DNA of 64,000 bases, taken from the NCBI RefSeq assembly GCF_964355755.1, contig NC_092676.1:17192871-17256870 (forward strand), in the 5' to 3' direction. Made by a program: the position numbers and the translations under genes. Shown one piece after another: positions 27,793-40,109 of this stretch. This DNA comes from Antedon mediterranea. Its lineage: Eukaryota > Animalia > Echinodermata. Within the stretch, counting starts at the first letter, position 1, and every line of letters starts with the position of its first letter. The notes beneath the pieces are model-generated. The model made no database searches. It was not told where the DNA came from and saw nothing but the letters and a program-made list of their open reading frames with translations.

Positions 27793-28072
27793 TGTGTATT
27801 GTCCACCAAAAACACGAAGAATGAAGATTAATAAATACATTTTGCAGTTTTAATCAAGTTAATCACTTCAGCAGAAAAAAATGTTTTCACTTATAAAAAA
27901 AAAAAAGCAAACGGTTACATTCAACCACAAACCCAATGGCTGGCAGCCAATTTGACTATTTCTTTAAGGTAAATAATAATTTTTTTCTGATCCAGTTTTT
28001 GGTGAATGACTATTATGGAACATCACAATGGCATATTTAACAACAAAATTATTTTTTCAGGACAATCTTCAA
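27793..28072 (+). mobile_element. Degenerate Kolobok-like element
   Basis: Shares aatcacttc, aatgttttcacttataaaa, ggctggcagccaatttgac and atggcatatt.aacaacaaaa with 62099-62400. Confidence 0.6.
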
Positions 28073-28613
28073 AATAATGATGTTATTTAATGCAATTAAT
28101 TCATAGTTATAGTGAGTATGATAGTCATCATTTATTCCAAATCCACAAACATTCTCTGATAATTGGAAGTCTAATTAGCGCATAAATATTTATGGTCAAA
28201 CTATTGATCGGGTGTTTTTGTAGAAACATTCATTGCTGCGCAATCCAAGTTGATATGGTTTTAATTATAAACGGTTAATAATCAATTAATCTGCCATTTA
28301 ATGTCCAATTACTGAAAGGCAGCTAGCGTATTGATATAGAAGGTAATTATAATTAAGTTGTTTTTATGACAAAGTAATTAAAAATTGCAGGAAGAAGTAT
28401 AATTTCTATCACGGGGCATAATGACGCAATGAAGAGTGCATTGATCTATTCAGTAAATGTATTGATGATAAATTAAGAAATCATCTAGATACTGTTTTAG
28501 CTAATCAACTATTAATTGGACAGATTTACTCAATCAAATAATATAGAATGAATCAGCCTATACATTATAATTAAATAGGAACTAGAAGTGTTAAACTCGA
28601 TCTGATTTGATCA

Positions 28614-29590
28614 CAAATTCAATTCAATTCAAAGCAACATTTATTTACTCCTTTCGTATAACAAAATGTATTTCAATGTACAATATATAAAAGATTTAAG
28701 AAAGCCTAGAAAGATGAAAACACATCTTGTGGAGGGCGTACCGATTACAACACAGCCAATTAAAAAAATAAATAAAATGAAAAAATAAAAATAAATAATA
28801 AATAAATAAATAAATAAAAACAAAATTGACCGAAGAATAGTTAATATTTGGAAATAAGGTGACTTTTAAGTTTAGATAAAATGATTTACTGGAAACAGAG
28901 TTTAAGATGGGGAGTGGCAGATCATTCCAAAAAGTGGGTCCGGAATACCTAATGTTGTGTTGAAAGTGGTTGGTTTTATGGGTTAGAATATGTAATTTTG
29001 AGCTAATACAGGTATGATGATAATGGATTAAAGAATTAGGAGTGAACATGGAGCAAAGATGTTTGGGAAGGTTAGAATTAATAGAAGAAAAGATGAAAGA
29101 GCCTTGTTGGGTTAGATTGATATCAGAGACTTTGAGAAGACGAAGATTAGAAAAAAGATGGGATGAATAAGACCGGGGTGGGGCGCAAGATATAACCCTG
29201 ATGTTTTTTAATATTAGAAGGATAAGAGTGGCACCAGACAATATTGCAATAGTTAAGATAAGGCAGGATAAGTGAGCAGTAAAGAATACGAAGAATGTTA
29301 GGGGGTAAAAAAGAAGAAATTCCAGTGATGATGCCCAGACTTTTTGAAATTTTATTCTCAACAAAATTGATATGATTTTCCATGAAAGTCGACTGTAGAT
29401 GAACTCCTAAAAATGTAGCAGATTGGAAGGGAATGTCATGATTGTTGATAGAAATGTTATAGTTTGCAGTATCAATGTTTTTAATTTTCGGAGGGGTCCA
29501 AAACAAGATGGATGAAGTTACATTTTTTGTGGTTAAGCGAAAGTTTGTTAGCTGATAAGTATTGAGACATGAGTGTCAGATTGGTAATTC
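28614..29590 (-). mobile_element. 5'-truncated, frameshifted non-LTR retrotransposon (CR1/L2/Crack group), RT C-terminal region plus 3' UTR
   Basis: Minus-strand frames give ANKLSLN.KK, FLGV, HINFVENKISKSLGII, LYCSLILPYLNYCNIVW, HLFSNLRLLKVSDI and IRYSGPTFWNDLP. It ends in AATAAA followed by a (TGAAT)n tail. Confidence 0.9.
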
Positions 29591-29704
29591 AGGAAATTGT
29601 TACATTTAGATTATTTATTTTAATGCATGTTGCTTTTGCGCAGATAACCCGAAGTTCAAAATCTAATTCTGTCTTTGTTCTGGTTTTATTTTTCTCTTGA
29701 TATC

Positions 29705-29813
29705 TTTTTAGTCGCGTGGACGCGACTCTATAGTTCACTATGTCGGTCGGTCTGTCTGTCGGTCCGGTATCACTATGCGTTTTAGCACGCGACTTATGGC
29801 TGTTGGCCTTGTT
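29705..29813 (+). mobile_element. Short Helentron-associated (HINE/DINE-1-like) element
   Basis: T-run, AGTCGCGT-GG-ACGCGACT hairpin, GTCG/GTCT microsatellite, then gcacgcgactt..ggccttg-TT. Same family as 45349-46183. Confidence 0.75.
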
Positions 29814-32736
29814 CTTCACTTGTTTTAATTTCTCTATTTCATTATGTTTTTTTATATTTTTCACTATGTAAAAATTGTTTTATTTTTTACATTTTTCTTT
29901 TCCATTTTGTTCTTTTTGCCTACTCTTCCATCATTTTAATGTACTTGTTGATTTTTTGCGAATATCTTTTTCTTTTTCCTTTACTTATTTTTCTTATCAT
30001 TCTTTTTTTTCTTTATATATTTGATTTCTTTAATTGTACGTCTGGTAATAATGACATGGCCCAAATTATTATTCGTCATTTAGTATTCATCTACTAATAA
30101 TCTCTGAACTTCTGCATTTTTCTATTGATATCTTACATTGTCAATTTCGTTTTGATTTTTCAAGGAATTTCAAATTGAAATTTGTATGTTTTTCTATTAA
30201 TATAAATATATAATTTTCTGACAGTTACAGTAGTAATTTCATTTTTGGCGTCACATAGTGTCGAATGGCATAAGCTGATTAATATATATTCCTTCAGTAT
30301 TGGTTGTGTGGTTTACTGATTATTAGTTTTTGTACCAATATACACTCTCCTGCAAACATATTAATTTCGTATGTCGAAGTAGATCTTTCGAGAAAAAATA
30401 AATTAAAATATGTGTTTTAAGAGCAAATTCTAATATCCTAATATTTGTATTTATTTTGATAACAAATTGAATTTGATATATCTATTTATGAATTAGTATG
30501 GAGTTCTTTTCAAATACTTAAAGAAAACTGTACAAAACGGTATCAAATGATAAAAAAGCATGAATTCATTTATTTAATTATCTTGCTTAGTTTAACCAAA
30601 TATCGTTTTTGTAATCGCAAAGATTTCCAGATTGTTGGGAAATTTATCTAACGTAAATAAAGTTTCAGTTTACGCAGATTAGTGAAATTTCTCTAAAGTC
30701 AGCTGCGGCAACAAGTACTGCCTTTTCAACAGTAGCAATATTTTCATAGCGTAAAAGATATACACGGACAGCGTATGGCTGTCATTCAATTTCTTAGTTA
30801 CTGACTGTAATTTGATGAGACAATATAATCAATGCTTTGTATTGCTTTAGCAGTCGAAATATTCAGGTGTAGAGGGGAATGGTCTGATAAAATTTGTACA
30901 AGCAACAATTCTGACGAACCTAAGAACATAAGAAGTCTAATTGAGTCACGCGAAGGACGGTAATCATTTTTGTGTTTGTCTTTTTTTGACATAAAAGAAT
31001 TCCCTATTAATATAAAAAAGTTACTCAAGTGAAATTATGCCTATAGTATTTTATGCATTTAGAGACTATTCATATTGATATTAATTAATTTAGGATTCCA
31101 GGTAATATTATAGCACTTATTCTCGTTATCCGTAACTAATAAATGATAATTATTCGCATAATCTTACTTCAATCAACGTACTCTGTACTTTACTAAACAA
31201 GCTACACCTTACATCTCAATTTACTGATTGGAAATGTTCTCTTAGTTCAAAGTACTGACATGCATATGCCGTATCTACAGTTACTGATAAATCTGCAAAT
31301 AGTGATAGGAATATTACTTTTCTCTCTGAATAAATATAAAGTGACAAGAATCCTCTGGAATCTTATAATTAATTTCACATAGTATTCGATGAATTAATTC
31401 ACCGCACGTTTTATGTTAATATCGTTTTGTTCGTTATCAAAAATAAATATAGCATCACAGTTGATGGAAACACTGCTAATTCTGACTAAACCCACCCATT
31501 AATGGCTAGATCCGCCGTTTATAATATTATTCTTTAGACATGTGTAGATATGCCGTCCAGGTGTAGGCATACCAAGAAAAAATATGTTTATCCTAAAAAA
31601 TAGTATGGTTTAAGTTGTTTTAAGGGATTTCCTTTGTAAGTTGTTATGTAGTACAGTAAATGCAGGATTTAAACAGTCATAATATTTATATTATGTTTGA
31701 ATAAAGTTATTTATACATCCAAAAACATCTTAACGTCCCATCCGAAAGACGAATACGATTGGTATTTTTCGGTTATCTGCAAAGTTAACTATAGGTAATG
31801 ACCATCATACGCGTGTGTATATTACAAACCCGATGAAACTATGTAACATTGTATGATGTATGTAGGGTATATAAACACATGTTATAAACAACACGGCCCA
31901 GAAGTGTTATTCCTTACCATTTCTTTATTTCGTTATAGCCAAAAAAAAAACAAAAAAAACAACAACAAAAAAACAAGACGGTAACAACTTTAACATTACA
32001 GTATCTTATAAAATTAACTATTTTGTAAGATAGTTGTGGTGTGTCACTTTGAATACATCAACACAATCACAATTTCAAAAGCCAAGGTTATGGATTATAA
32101 TGCTTATATAATTACCATACATATTGACAGTAAACTCGACAGTAAAACATTGGGTTCTTCGAATCCAATTTTACTACCTAAGCCAATAATAAAGAAATAA
32201 ATTAAAAGAGTATTTAACTATTAATATTTTAGAACTGATTTTAATGCCTGGTACAAATTTCAATTTTTATAAGCAGATTATTATAACTAACGAGATGGAA
32301 ACAGAATAACAACATAATTTATATATTAACGTGAACATCAACGTCATATACCAACCGTTTCCTTGTTTCTATACTTCTTTCTCTGTTCTTTTCAAGACCC
32401 CGATTCTTCCGTTTATCTTTTCAATGGATTCACTCTCTTTACAGGCAGGTTCTACCTCATTAGTAGATTACCAGTCCAAAAATAACTGACATGAATAGGC
32501 TTTATTCAATTTTGAATATGCTACTCAGGGTTAACCCTCAAACTAGATAAAACAATAAAACATTCTGTTGCAATTTGTTTGAGGTCAATCCTTTATATAC
32601 TGGACTATTAAACAAATAACTCAATAAACCCTATAGAAAATTAAATCACTAGGTAAGCCCGAAAATCCTAATTTTGACTTGCTGTTTGAGACCAATACAA
32701 TTATTTCAACAGATGCCCTCAACTTCTTTCTGTTTG

Positions 32737-35700
32737 TAGTCCAGTAAAAATATGGTTGAACCTAGAACAAATTGCAACAGAATTTTGTTTTGTTTTAGTT
32801 GGTTGATATGGTGAACATGAACATCATATCCAAAGTTTAACAAAATCGGACATCGGGAAGTGGGTTATTTAGCATAAATTCAAAATGGCCGCCATTTGCT
32901 ATTTTAAAGCCCCATATCTCCTTAACGGTTGGATTTAGACCACCTAAGTGCATTACGAGTAGATATAAATGTGATATTAAACTAATTAGCATATTTAAAT
33001 TTCCATATGACGTACCTATGACGTCATATGGTAGTTTTGACGTCATAAATTATGTTATAAATGCTTAAATGACATTATACTATGCGAACAATTTAGAAAC
33101 TGCAGAAAACAAGTTTCCTAACATTCTCCTTGTTGAAATGAACATAATTTTCAAAGTTTACCAAAATCGGACGTCAGGAAAGGTGTTAATTAGCATAAAT
33201 TCAAAATGGCCGCTATTTATTATATCATTTTGAAGCCCTATATCTCCTCAAAGTGCATTGCGAGTAGATATAAATGTGACATTAAACTTTCCAATTAGCA
33301 AATTTAAATTACCATATGACGTAAATATGACGTCATAAGGTAGTTGTGACGTCATATATTATGTTATAACTGCTTAAATGGCATTATCCCATGCTAAAAA
33401 AATAATGTAGAAACTGCAGGAACACAATTTTCTAACAATTTCCTGTTGAAATGAACATGATATCCTAAGTTCACCAAAATCAGACTTCAAGAAGGGGGTC
33501 AATTAGCATAAATTCAAAATGGCTGCTATTTACTATACCATTTTGAAGCCCTGTATCTCCTTAGCGGTTGGGTTTAGACAGCCTATGTGCATTACGAGTA
33601 GATATATATGTAAAAACCGTTGAAATTTATCATTAAGTTTCCATTTACAAAATCTTATGAAAATAGTTATTCTACAGAACCGTATGAAAGGTGATCACCA
33701 ACTGTATTTCTGAAACTGATTTGTACTCAAGCGCACATCTTGTTTTGTGTTTCTTTATCTCTTTAAATTGGTAAAGCAATACAAAAATATTGTAATGAGG
33801 CGATTGTCTGTGGGTCAGGCTATTCAAACCCATCATTCCCACAAACTCATCTCAATTCCCCAACTGGAAATTGAGATGATACATTTATGAAATAATAAAT
33901 GTCATACTGTAGTTTTTGGTATAGTCAGCATCTCCATTTTGCTCTTTCAAAGTTGCTATTTCATTGCATCTGTTTGGTGTCGATCGTTTATGAGACAACA
34001 AATTTTTATGATGTTTTATATAATGTTTATCTTTTGAATGCTGTTTCCAAGTTAAAGATACACATCAACGGAATCCAAAAGGGGTTGTTAAGGTAATAAA
34101 GTAATTTTCAAACTTGCCACTACTAATTACAGTATTTAATTTTTCGACAAGACAGTATTCAACTTCCTTGACAGAAAATGTCAGAAAAATGGAATAGAAA
34201 CTTTGAATGCAGATGGGGATCTATTAAATATCTTACTTTGCTATAATTAAAAAAAGCGATTGCGTTTTAAGACAGAAGAAGCAAAAAATAGTGGGATAAT
34301 TGGTACTTAACGAAAACATCTTAAGGAGCAAATTTGCAACATCTTTGTAATGCTCTGCACTTGCAAAGAAACAGAGGGATGCATTCTATTCGAAGCAAGA
34401 ACTGTTCGGTCCAAAATTAAAAAAGACATCAGATGTATGGTGGAAGTATTTTGACGGCGCCAACATTACATTTTCTATGTATGTACTTTGGATGGGAAAC
34501 TTACTGTGATCCAACTCCATATTTAGGATGGGGTCGAATTATTAAATCCTAAACTCATTACAGAATAAGGAATCCTGTTTCTTTATATATGAGATATATC
34601 TATATTATAAGTGAGAGAGTTTGTCTGTCTGTTTGTCTGTTTGTTTGTTCGTTATACAAAATTTTGTTACTGCACATAATCTTACATGGTATCAAAATGA
34701 CCGCAATTGTACCGGGAATGTTCTAAGCTATATTTCAACATCATCCGCCACCTAGGATCCAAGTTAGGGACCAAAATGTGGTCAAAACCCCCACTTTCGA
34801 TGTTTGTTCGTTATACAAATTTATGTTTCTGCACGTAACCATACACGTATCAAAATGATGGCAATTGTACCCGGAAGGTTTTAAACTACATTAAAAAAAA
34901 TTCCCCCGGCTCCTGGGGTTTTTGTGGGAGGGGTGGGTGGGGGTGGTGTGGTGGTTTGTGATGTCATTTTTGCTAGGGCTCGGGGTTGTAGGCTATCGAA
35001 TTGTAAAATTATACTACAAAAGTTTTACAGTATTTTAATTATCCTCAGCAAGGTGTTTGGGGAAATATAGATATAGATATACATATTTTATTCATTAACC
35101 AATATGACACCTATTCAATTACACATTTAGCAAAGTACTTTAACCATATCCAGCTATGTATCGGTCTCTTGGATTTTCTCATTACAGACATCCATTCCTG
35201 TGTGAGCATACAGACGTTGTTTACCGTTACTGTGTTCAACTACATCACGATGGCTCCAAGGAAAAAACTTGGGATTGGGAGTTGTGGTTCAGGGGATAGT
35301 AGGGGTTTTGCTTAGACAAAATACACGACGTCATATGTCTTATGACATCATAGGTACGTTATATGGCAATTTAAATATGCTAATTGGAAAGTTTAATATC
35401 ACATTTATATCTACTCGCAATGCACTTAGGTGGTCTGCGTTAAGGAGATATGGGAGCTTCAAAATGGTATGATAAATAGCGGCCATTTTGAATGTATGCT
35501 AATTAACCCACTTCCTGACGTCCGATTTTAGTAAACTTTGGAAATAATGTTCATTTCAACAAGGAGAATGTCAAGGAACATGTTTTCTTGCAGTTCCTAA
35601 ATTGTTCGCATAGTATAATGTCATTTAGGCCTAAACAGTTATAACATAATATATGACGTCACAACTACCATATGACGTCATAGGTACGTCATATGGGAAT

Positions 35701-35940
35701 TTAAATATGCTAATTAGAATGTTTAATATGACATTTATATCTACTCGTAATGCACTTAGGGGGTTTAAATCCATGAGGCTTCAAAATAGCAAATGGCGGC
35801 CATTTTGAATTTATGCTAATTAACCCACTTCCCGATGTCCGATTTTTGGTAAACTTTGGATATGATATTCATTTCATTTGAAAATTCTGTTGCAATTTGT
35901 TCTAGGTTCACCCTATTTTTGACTTATCTTTACTGGACTA
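32737..35940. mobile_element. 3.2-kb foldback-type element with long modular inverted arms
   Basis: Termini TAGTCCAGTA...TACTGGACTA. The left arm (32737 to about 33610, ~2.5 tandem ~310-bp modules) is the reverse complement of the right arm (about 35325-35940). Confidence 0.8.
34597..34976 (+). mobile_element. Probable non-autonomous Helitron fragment nested in the foldback element
   Basis: A|TCTATATTATAA start followed by a gtttgtctgtct microsatellite, with an internal ~95-bp duplication (about 34645-34740 vs 34801-34890). The 3' end is uncertain. Confidence 0.5.
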
Positions 35941-36001
35941 TTGTTGCAGCAGGTTCAGTTGAGAAACTTCTAAATCATGACAAGCTGAAGCCCTAAATTT
36001 A

Positions 36002-37180
36002 TTTTCTTTTTCTTCACCTACAGATGATGGTGCGGGACCGTTGTATTGGGGCATATTTGAACATTGCACCATCGATTTGGACATCGATTTGTATCGATGT
36101 GGACATTGATTTGTATCGATGTGTGGACTACAAGTCCTCAGTTAGCAATCACTCACGTTTATCTCTTTCGCAAGATATGGATCAGTTACCAGTGGCCGAT
36201 ACTGTAAAACGGACGTATCCGAAATTGAGGAGGTGCTCCTGGCAGACAGAGCGGTTTACCCCCGAAGGAGGCCGCATCAGATAAATATTGTGTCACCTTG
36301 GATGGGGTCCAGTGGACAACATACAGGCCCACGTGATGAAGTAGCATGCTTCGGCATGTTTTAAACCGCTCGAGCGAAGCACCTGACGGAGGGCTCAAGT
36401 GCAGTGGCGGCCACTCAACTGGATGGCGGAGGTGAGCCTCGGGAGAAGGGAGTTGGACACCGGTGGATGTAATTAAGGCAGCATGTGAACGTCCAGCACA
36501 GGTTGGGGGATGGTACCAACATCCTACCTCTGGATAGGAAAACTCACGGCACCATCAAGATGCTGGAAAGCATGATTGGAGAAGAAAGAGGCCCGTGCCT
36601 TTTACGATAGCTTCGGCTATTAGTCACCCGTCGGCCCTCAAACACGGTGGCGGTGTGTGGTGAGCCTCACCTTGTCGGTGCCCAAGGTGTTCGACGCCTG
36701 CTTTCATCTTCACCTGTTAAAGAGATCAACAACTCTCTCAGCATGCAGACCTCTGGGACATGGAAAGAGCAGTGCGCTTGAGAAGTTAGCGGGAGATCAG
36801 CGACTTGACGAGGCATGTCCGTGCGGTGGGCTTGGGAGTGGCTTGAACATTTTACATCTAAGCTGTGTGTCAAAAGTCCTGGCAGACTACGATTCTACGG
36901 AAGATGTAGCTATCGCCTATCTCCGGCAATTTGCCGGATGTATTTTATTGTGACCAGCTGTGACAGACTTTACACAGAGGCCTGCTTTCATAGCAGCAGA
37001 CCGGAGGAGTGGACTATCCTCACGCCGGATATACAGTTAGCGCATCTCTTGTGGGCGATCATCATCGCGGTTGGACAGGTGTTAGTGACCGGAGCCCCAG
37101 ACAGGTCATGGGCCTCACATGGAAGAAGGTAACGCAACGTAAGTGATTTGGGATTATTCAAACAGTGGATTGTCATTGGT
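36002..37180 (+). pseudogene. GC-rich decayed coding segment, probably transposon-derived
   Basis: Abrupt rise to about 50% GC, overlapping broken ORFs, and a polypyrimidine-CAG acceptor at 36023. No intact frame. Confidence 0.45.
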
Positions 37181-37989
37181 CATGAATAATAATTTATTTT
37201 TGAAAGAGTATATTTTCCTTTTTACTGAGGACGAAATAAAGTAAATTTAAATTTGTCATAAGATTTTAGGCCAAAACAAAAATATTGTTTAGATTATACG
37301 TTAAATATATAACTAATTTTGGTTTGTCAAAATAGAATTTTAAAATAACGTATCTTTTTAAACCAGATGAACATTTTCAATCTACTACTCTGTTAAAGCA
37401 GGCATTGAATAAACAAAATGCACTAAACCACATTCAAGTGAAATGCAAGTTTTTAGCACGTTTCTTCATCGACATAAACCATTATACTTAGAATGTTTTT
37501 TTCAGTGATTTAATCTCATTTTCACAGATTTCCTCATCTGCACTGTCTGATAACTTCAAGTGTATCACTGGGTGGTTTAGGTTTCTCCATGCTTTTGAAT
37601 ATATATATAGGCCTATATAATTATATAGTTAGTTTGTTTCAATGAAAATTATATTGAAAAGTTTTCTAAATTCTTTAATCGTAACATTGGTGTCACATAT
37701 ACAGGTAGTAAATCATAGTAAATACAGAAAACTAAATAAATCAATATTAGTTTACAAGATAGAATTGTGCAAAAAGTAATATAATTTATTAGAACTACTC
37801 GGGTAAAGTATCATAATCGTGTTGTTAAAATGTTGTAAAATTCAGCAAAATAATAAATAACCATGATATTAATATAAATTGTGGTAAAATTTACCACTGA
37901 CAAAGTCAGTAGTGCCCTCATAAGGAAACAAATTCTACAATATTATTCTTGCTGAACTATAATTATTGTTAAACTTAGGCCTATATAAA

Positions 37990-38440
37990 ACAAGCAAAAA
38001 TACCCATCCTCTTCCCGCTGGTTGGAGAAGATACTCTAGATTGTCATACTAGAAATAAATAGTATAGCTGCTATAATCTATATTAAAGAATTAAAACCGA
38101 TAACTAAACATGTATTACAATAAGCAAGAATACCCATTTTCTCCCCTGCTCGGAGAAAATGTATAAGATTTAAATACAGTAGTAATAACTGTTGTAATAT
38201 AATTAAAATGAATTAAAAATAGATAACTAAACATGTATTCAGCTTTGTCTACACATCAAACTAGTTTGACGAAAAAGTGTGCACAAATATGGTGTGGCAT
38301 GACGTCATCATGTCTATATATGGGCACATCACATTTTTTTCTCACAAAGATTAATAGTGCAGAAAAAGCTTTACAATCCCAGCTGCTATAATATATTAAA
38401 ATAAATTAAAACATAACTAAATTAAACATTATAATATAAA
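37990..38440 (+). repeat. Diverged ~130-bp tandem repeat interrupted by a MITE
   Basis: Repeated aagcaa.aatacccat...ctg(c/t)t.taat...gataactaaacatgtatt. Confidence 0.65.
38241..38370. mobile_element. MITE family A copy
   Basis: agctttgtctacac.tcaaact ... atagtgcagaaaaagct, homologous to 60629-60775. Confidence 0.8.
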
Positions 38441-38844
38441 CCCCCATTTCTTTTTTTCCCTCCTGTACCACCTTGCCAAACATTTTAATATATAACAAAC
38501 TTGTGTTAAGTTTATAAAGTGCTTTTCAAGTTTAAAAAAAAATATCTCTGATTATTATAATGATTTTTAGAATTTAGAGAAGCGAGTGCTACAACAAGGC
38601 AAGGCTTCTGGCACAAGGTAACTGGAAGTTAGAGTCAGTACTCAATTCTCAGCATGTATTTGCTTTGTAGGGTGACCCAAGAGAAATGTTGACTAAAATA
38701 CAATATAATAATACACCCTACTAGCATAGCATTAACACCTTAATATTCCTATTAGATAATTTGATGAGCACAAGTAAATACACCCAGCCATGAACATTCA
38801 GAATTATTATTAAAGTGCAATGTAAAAATTTAAAATCCAATTTA

Positions 38845-39118
38845 GTATTTTTAAACAACGAAATGGAGATTTCTCCAACTGTTGAAGTAATGACAGCAAA
38901 TTACTGGAACTAATATCTTTAACAACTGAACCAAAAGGATGTAAATTCACCAAATAAACATTTAGGAAAGTAAAGATTTAATGGTAAACTTATTTCTTTC
39001 TTTAAAATGACTTGTTTTCTTTATGAATTTACGACCTTTTGGTTCAGTTGTTAAAGATGTTAGTTCTAGCTTACAGTTTACATCAAAAGTTGAATTGGAT
39101 TTTAGTTGTTTAAATAGT
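38845..39118. repeat. Inverted repeat / degenerate MITE
   Basis: gaactaatatctttaacaactgaaccaaaagg..gtaaattca (about 38907-38949) pairs with tgaatttac..ccttttggttcagttgttaaagatgttagttc (39024-39066). Weaker pairing extends outward. Confidence 0.75.
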
Positions 39119-40109
39119 TGTAAGATATTTAGAATTTTTCAGAGTTTATTAAAGTATTACAATGTACAACTGCATAGGAAAAGTATTTCACAATATTTTA
39201 TATAAGTTATGTAATAAATATTATATAGTCCTAGATAAATATTTATGTACAGCTACAAACCTCGAAATGGCTAATATAAACAAACTTTACTTTTTGAGTT
39301 CGGCAAAATGTAATATCTAAAACGAAAAAGTTAGGTTAGCCTTGATATCGTCAAAAAGTAGAGTATATTAAATAATTGAATGAAAGATTTTTAATAAACA
39401 TGATTTTGTAGTTATTTCAATATAAAAATTGACACATACATACAGTACAGAAAAAAAACCTCACAAGTTAACATGCAGTATGCAATAAAAATGGAAATTT
39501 TAACCTTCTAAAAATGTGTATCTGAAAGTATACTGGTGGTTTTTTTTATAACTGTATACTTACATAAATCTATATTCACACTTGTTCTATTGAACGGAAG
39601 ATGTGCTGTTAAATTCTGAATATTATGATTCCCATTATTTAAAAATGGTAATGTGTGAATGTAACTTTACACAGGTAGGTTAAAGTTTTGAAGACATTTT
39701 CACATTATTACAGTATATCATTGTTTATGATTATACAACAGAATTATAATAAAATATATATTTTAACAAATCTATTCAAATCAATTTCTTTTACATCAAA
39801 ATTTGACGATTAAAATTAGTTGACCAAACAATTTGAAAACAAAACCCTAAACTTTCAAACACAAGATAAAATGTTAGTTTTGGTATTCACTGATTTATTT
39901 CTGTTGAATCTACTTCAAATGTTTCATGATTGTAGAATTAATATCAATGAAAGCTGACATAAAATAAAACAAAAATTTGCAGTTTAAATACAAATATATT
40001 TTACTATAAATTAAAAACCCCAAAACAATATTTTCCAATTTCTATGAACAGTACTACAATTACAGCAAGATATAGTGCAGCTACATGATTTCTATCGTCT
40101 GTTAATTCA

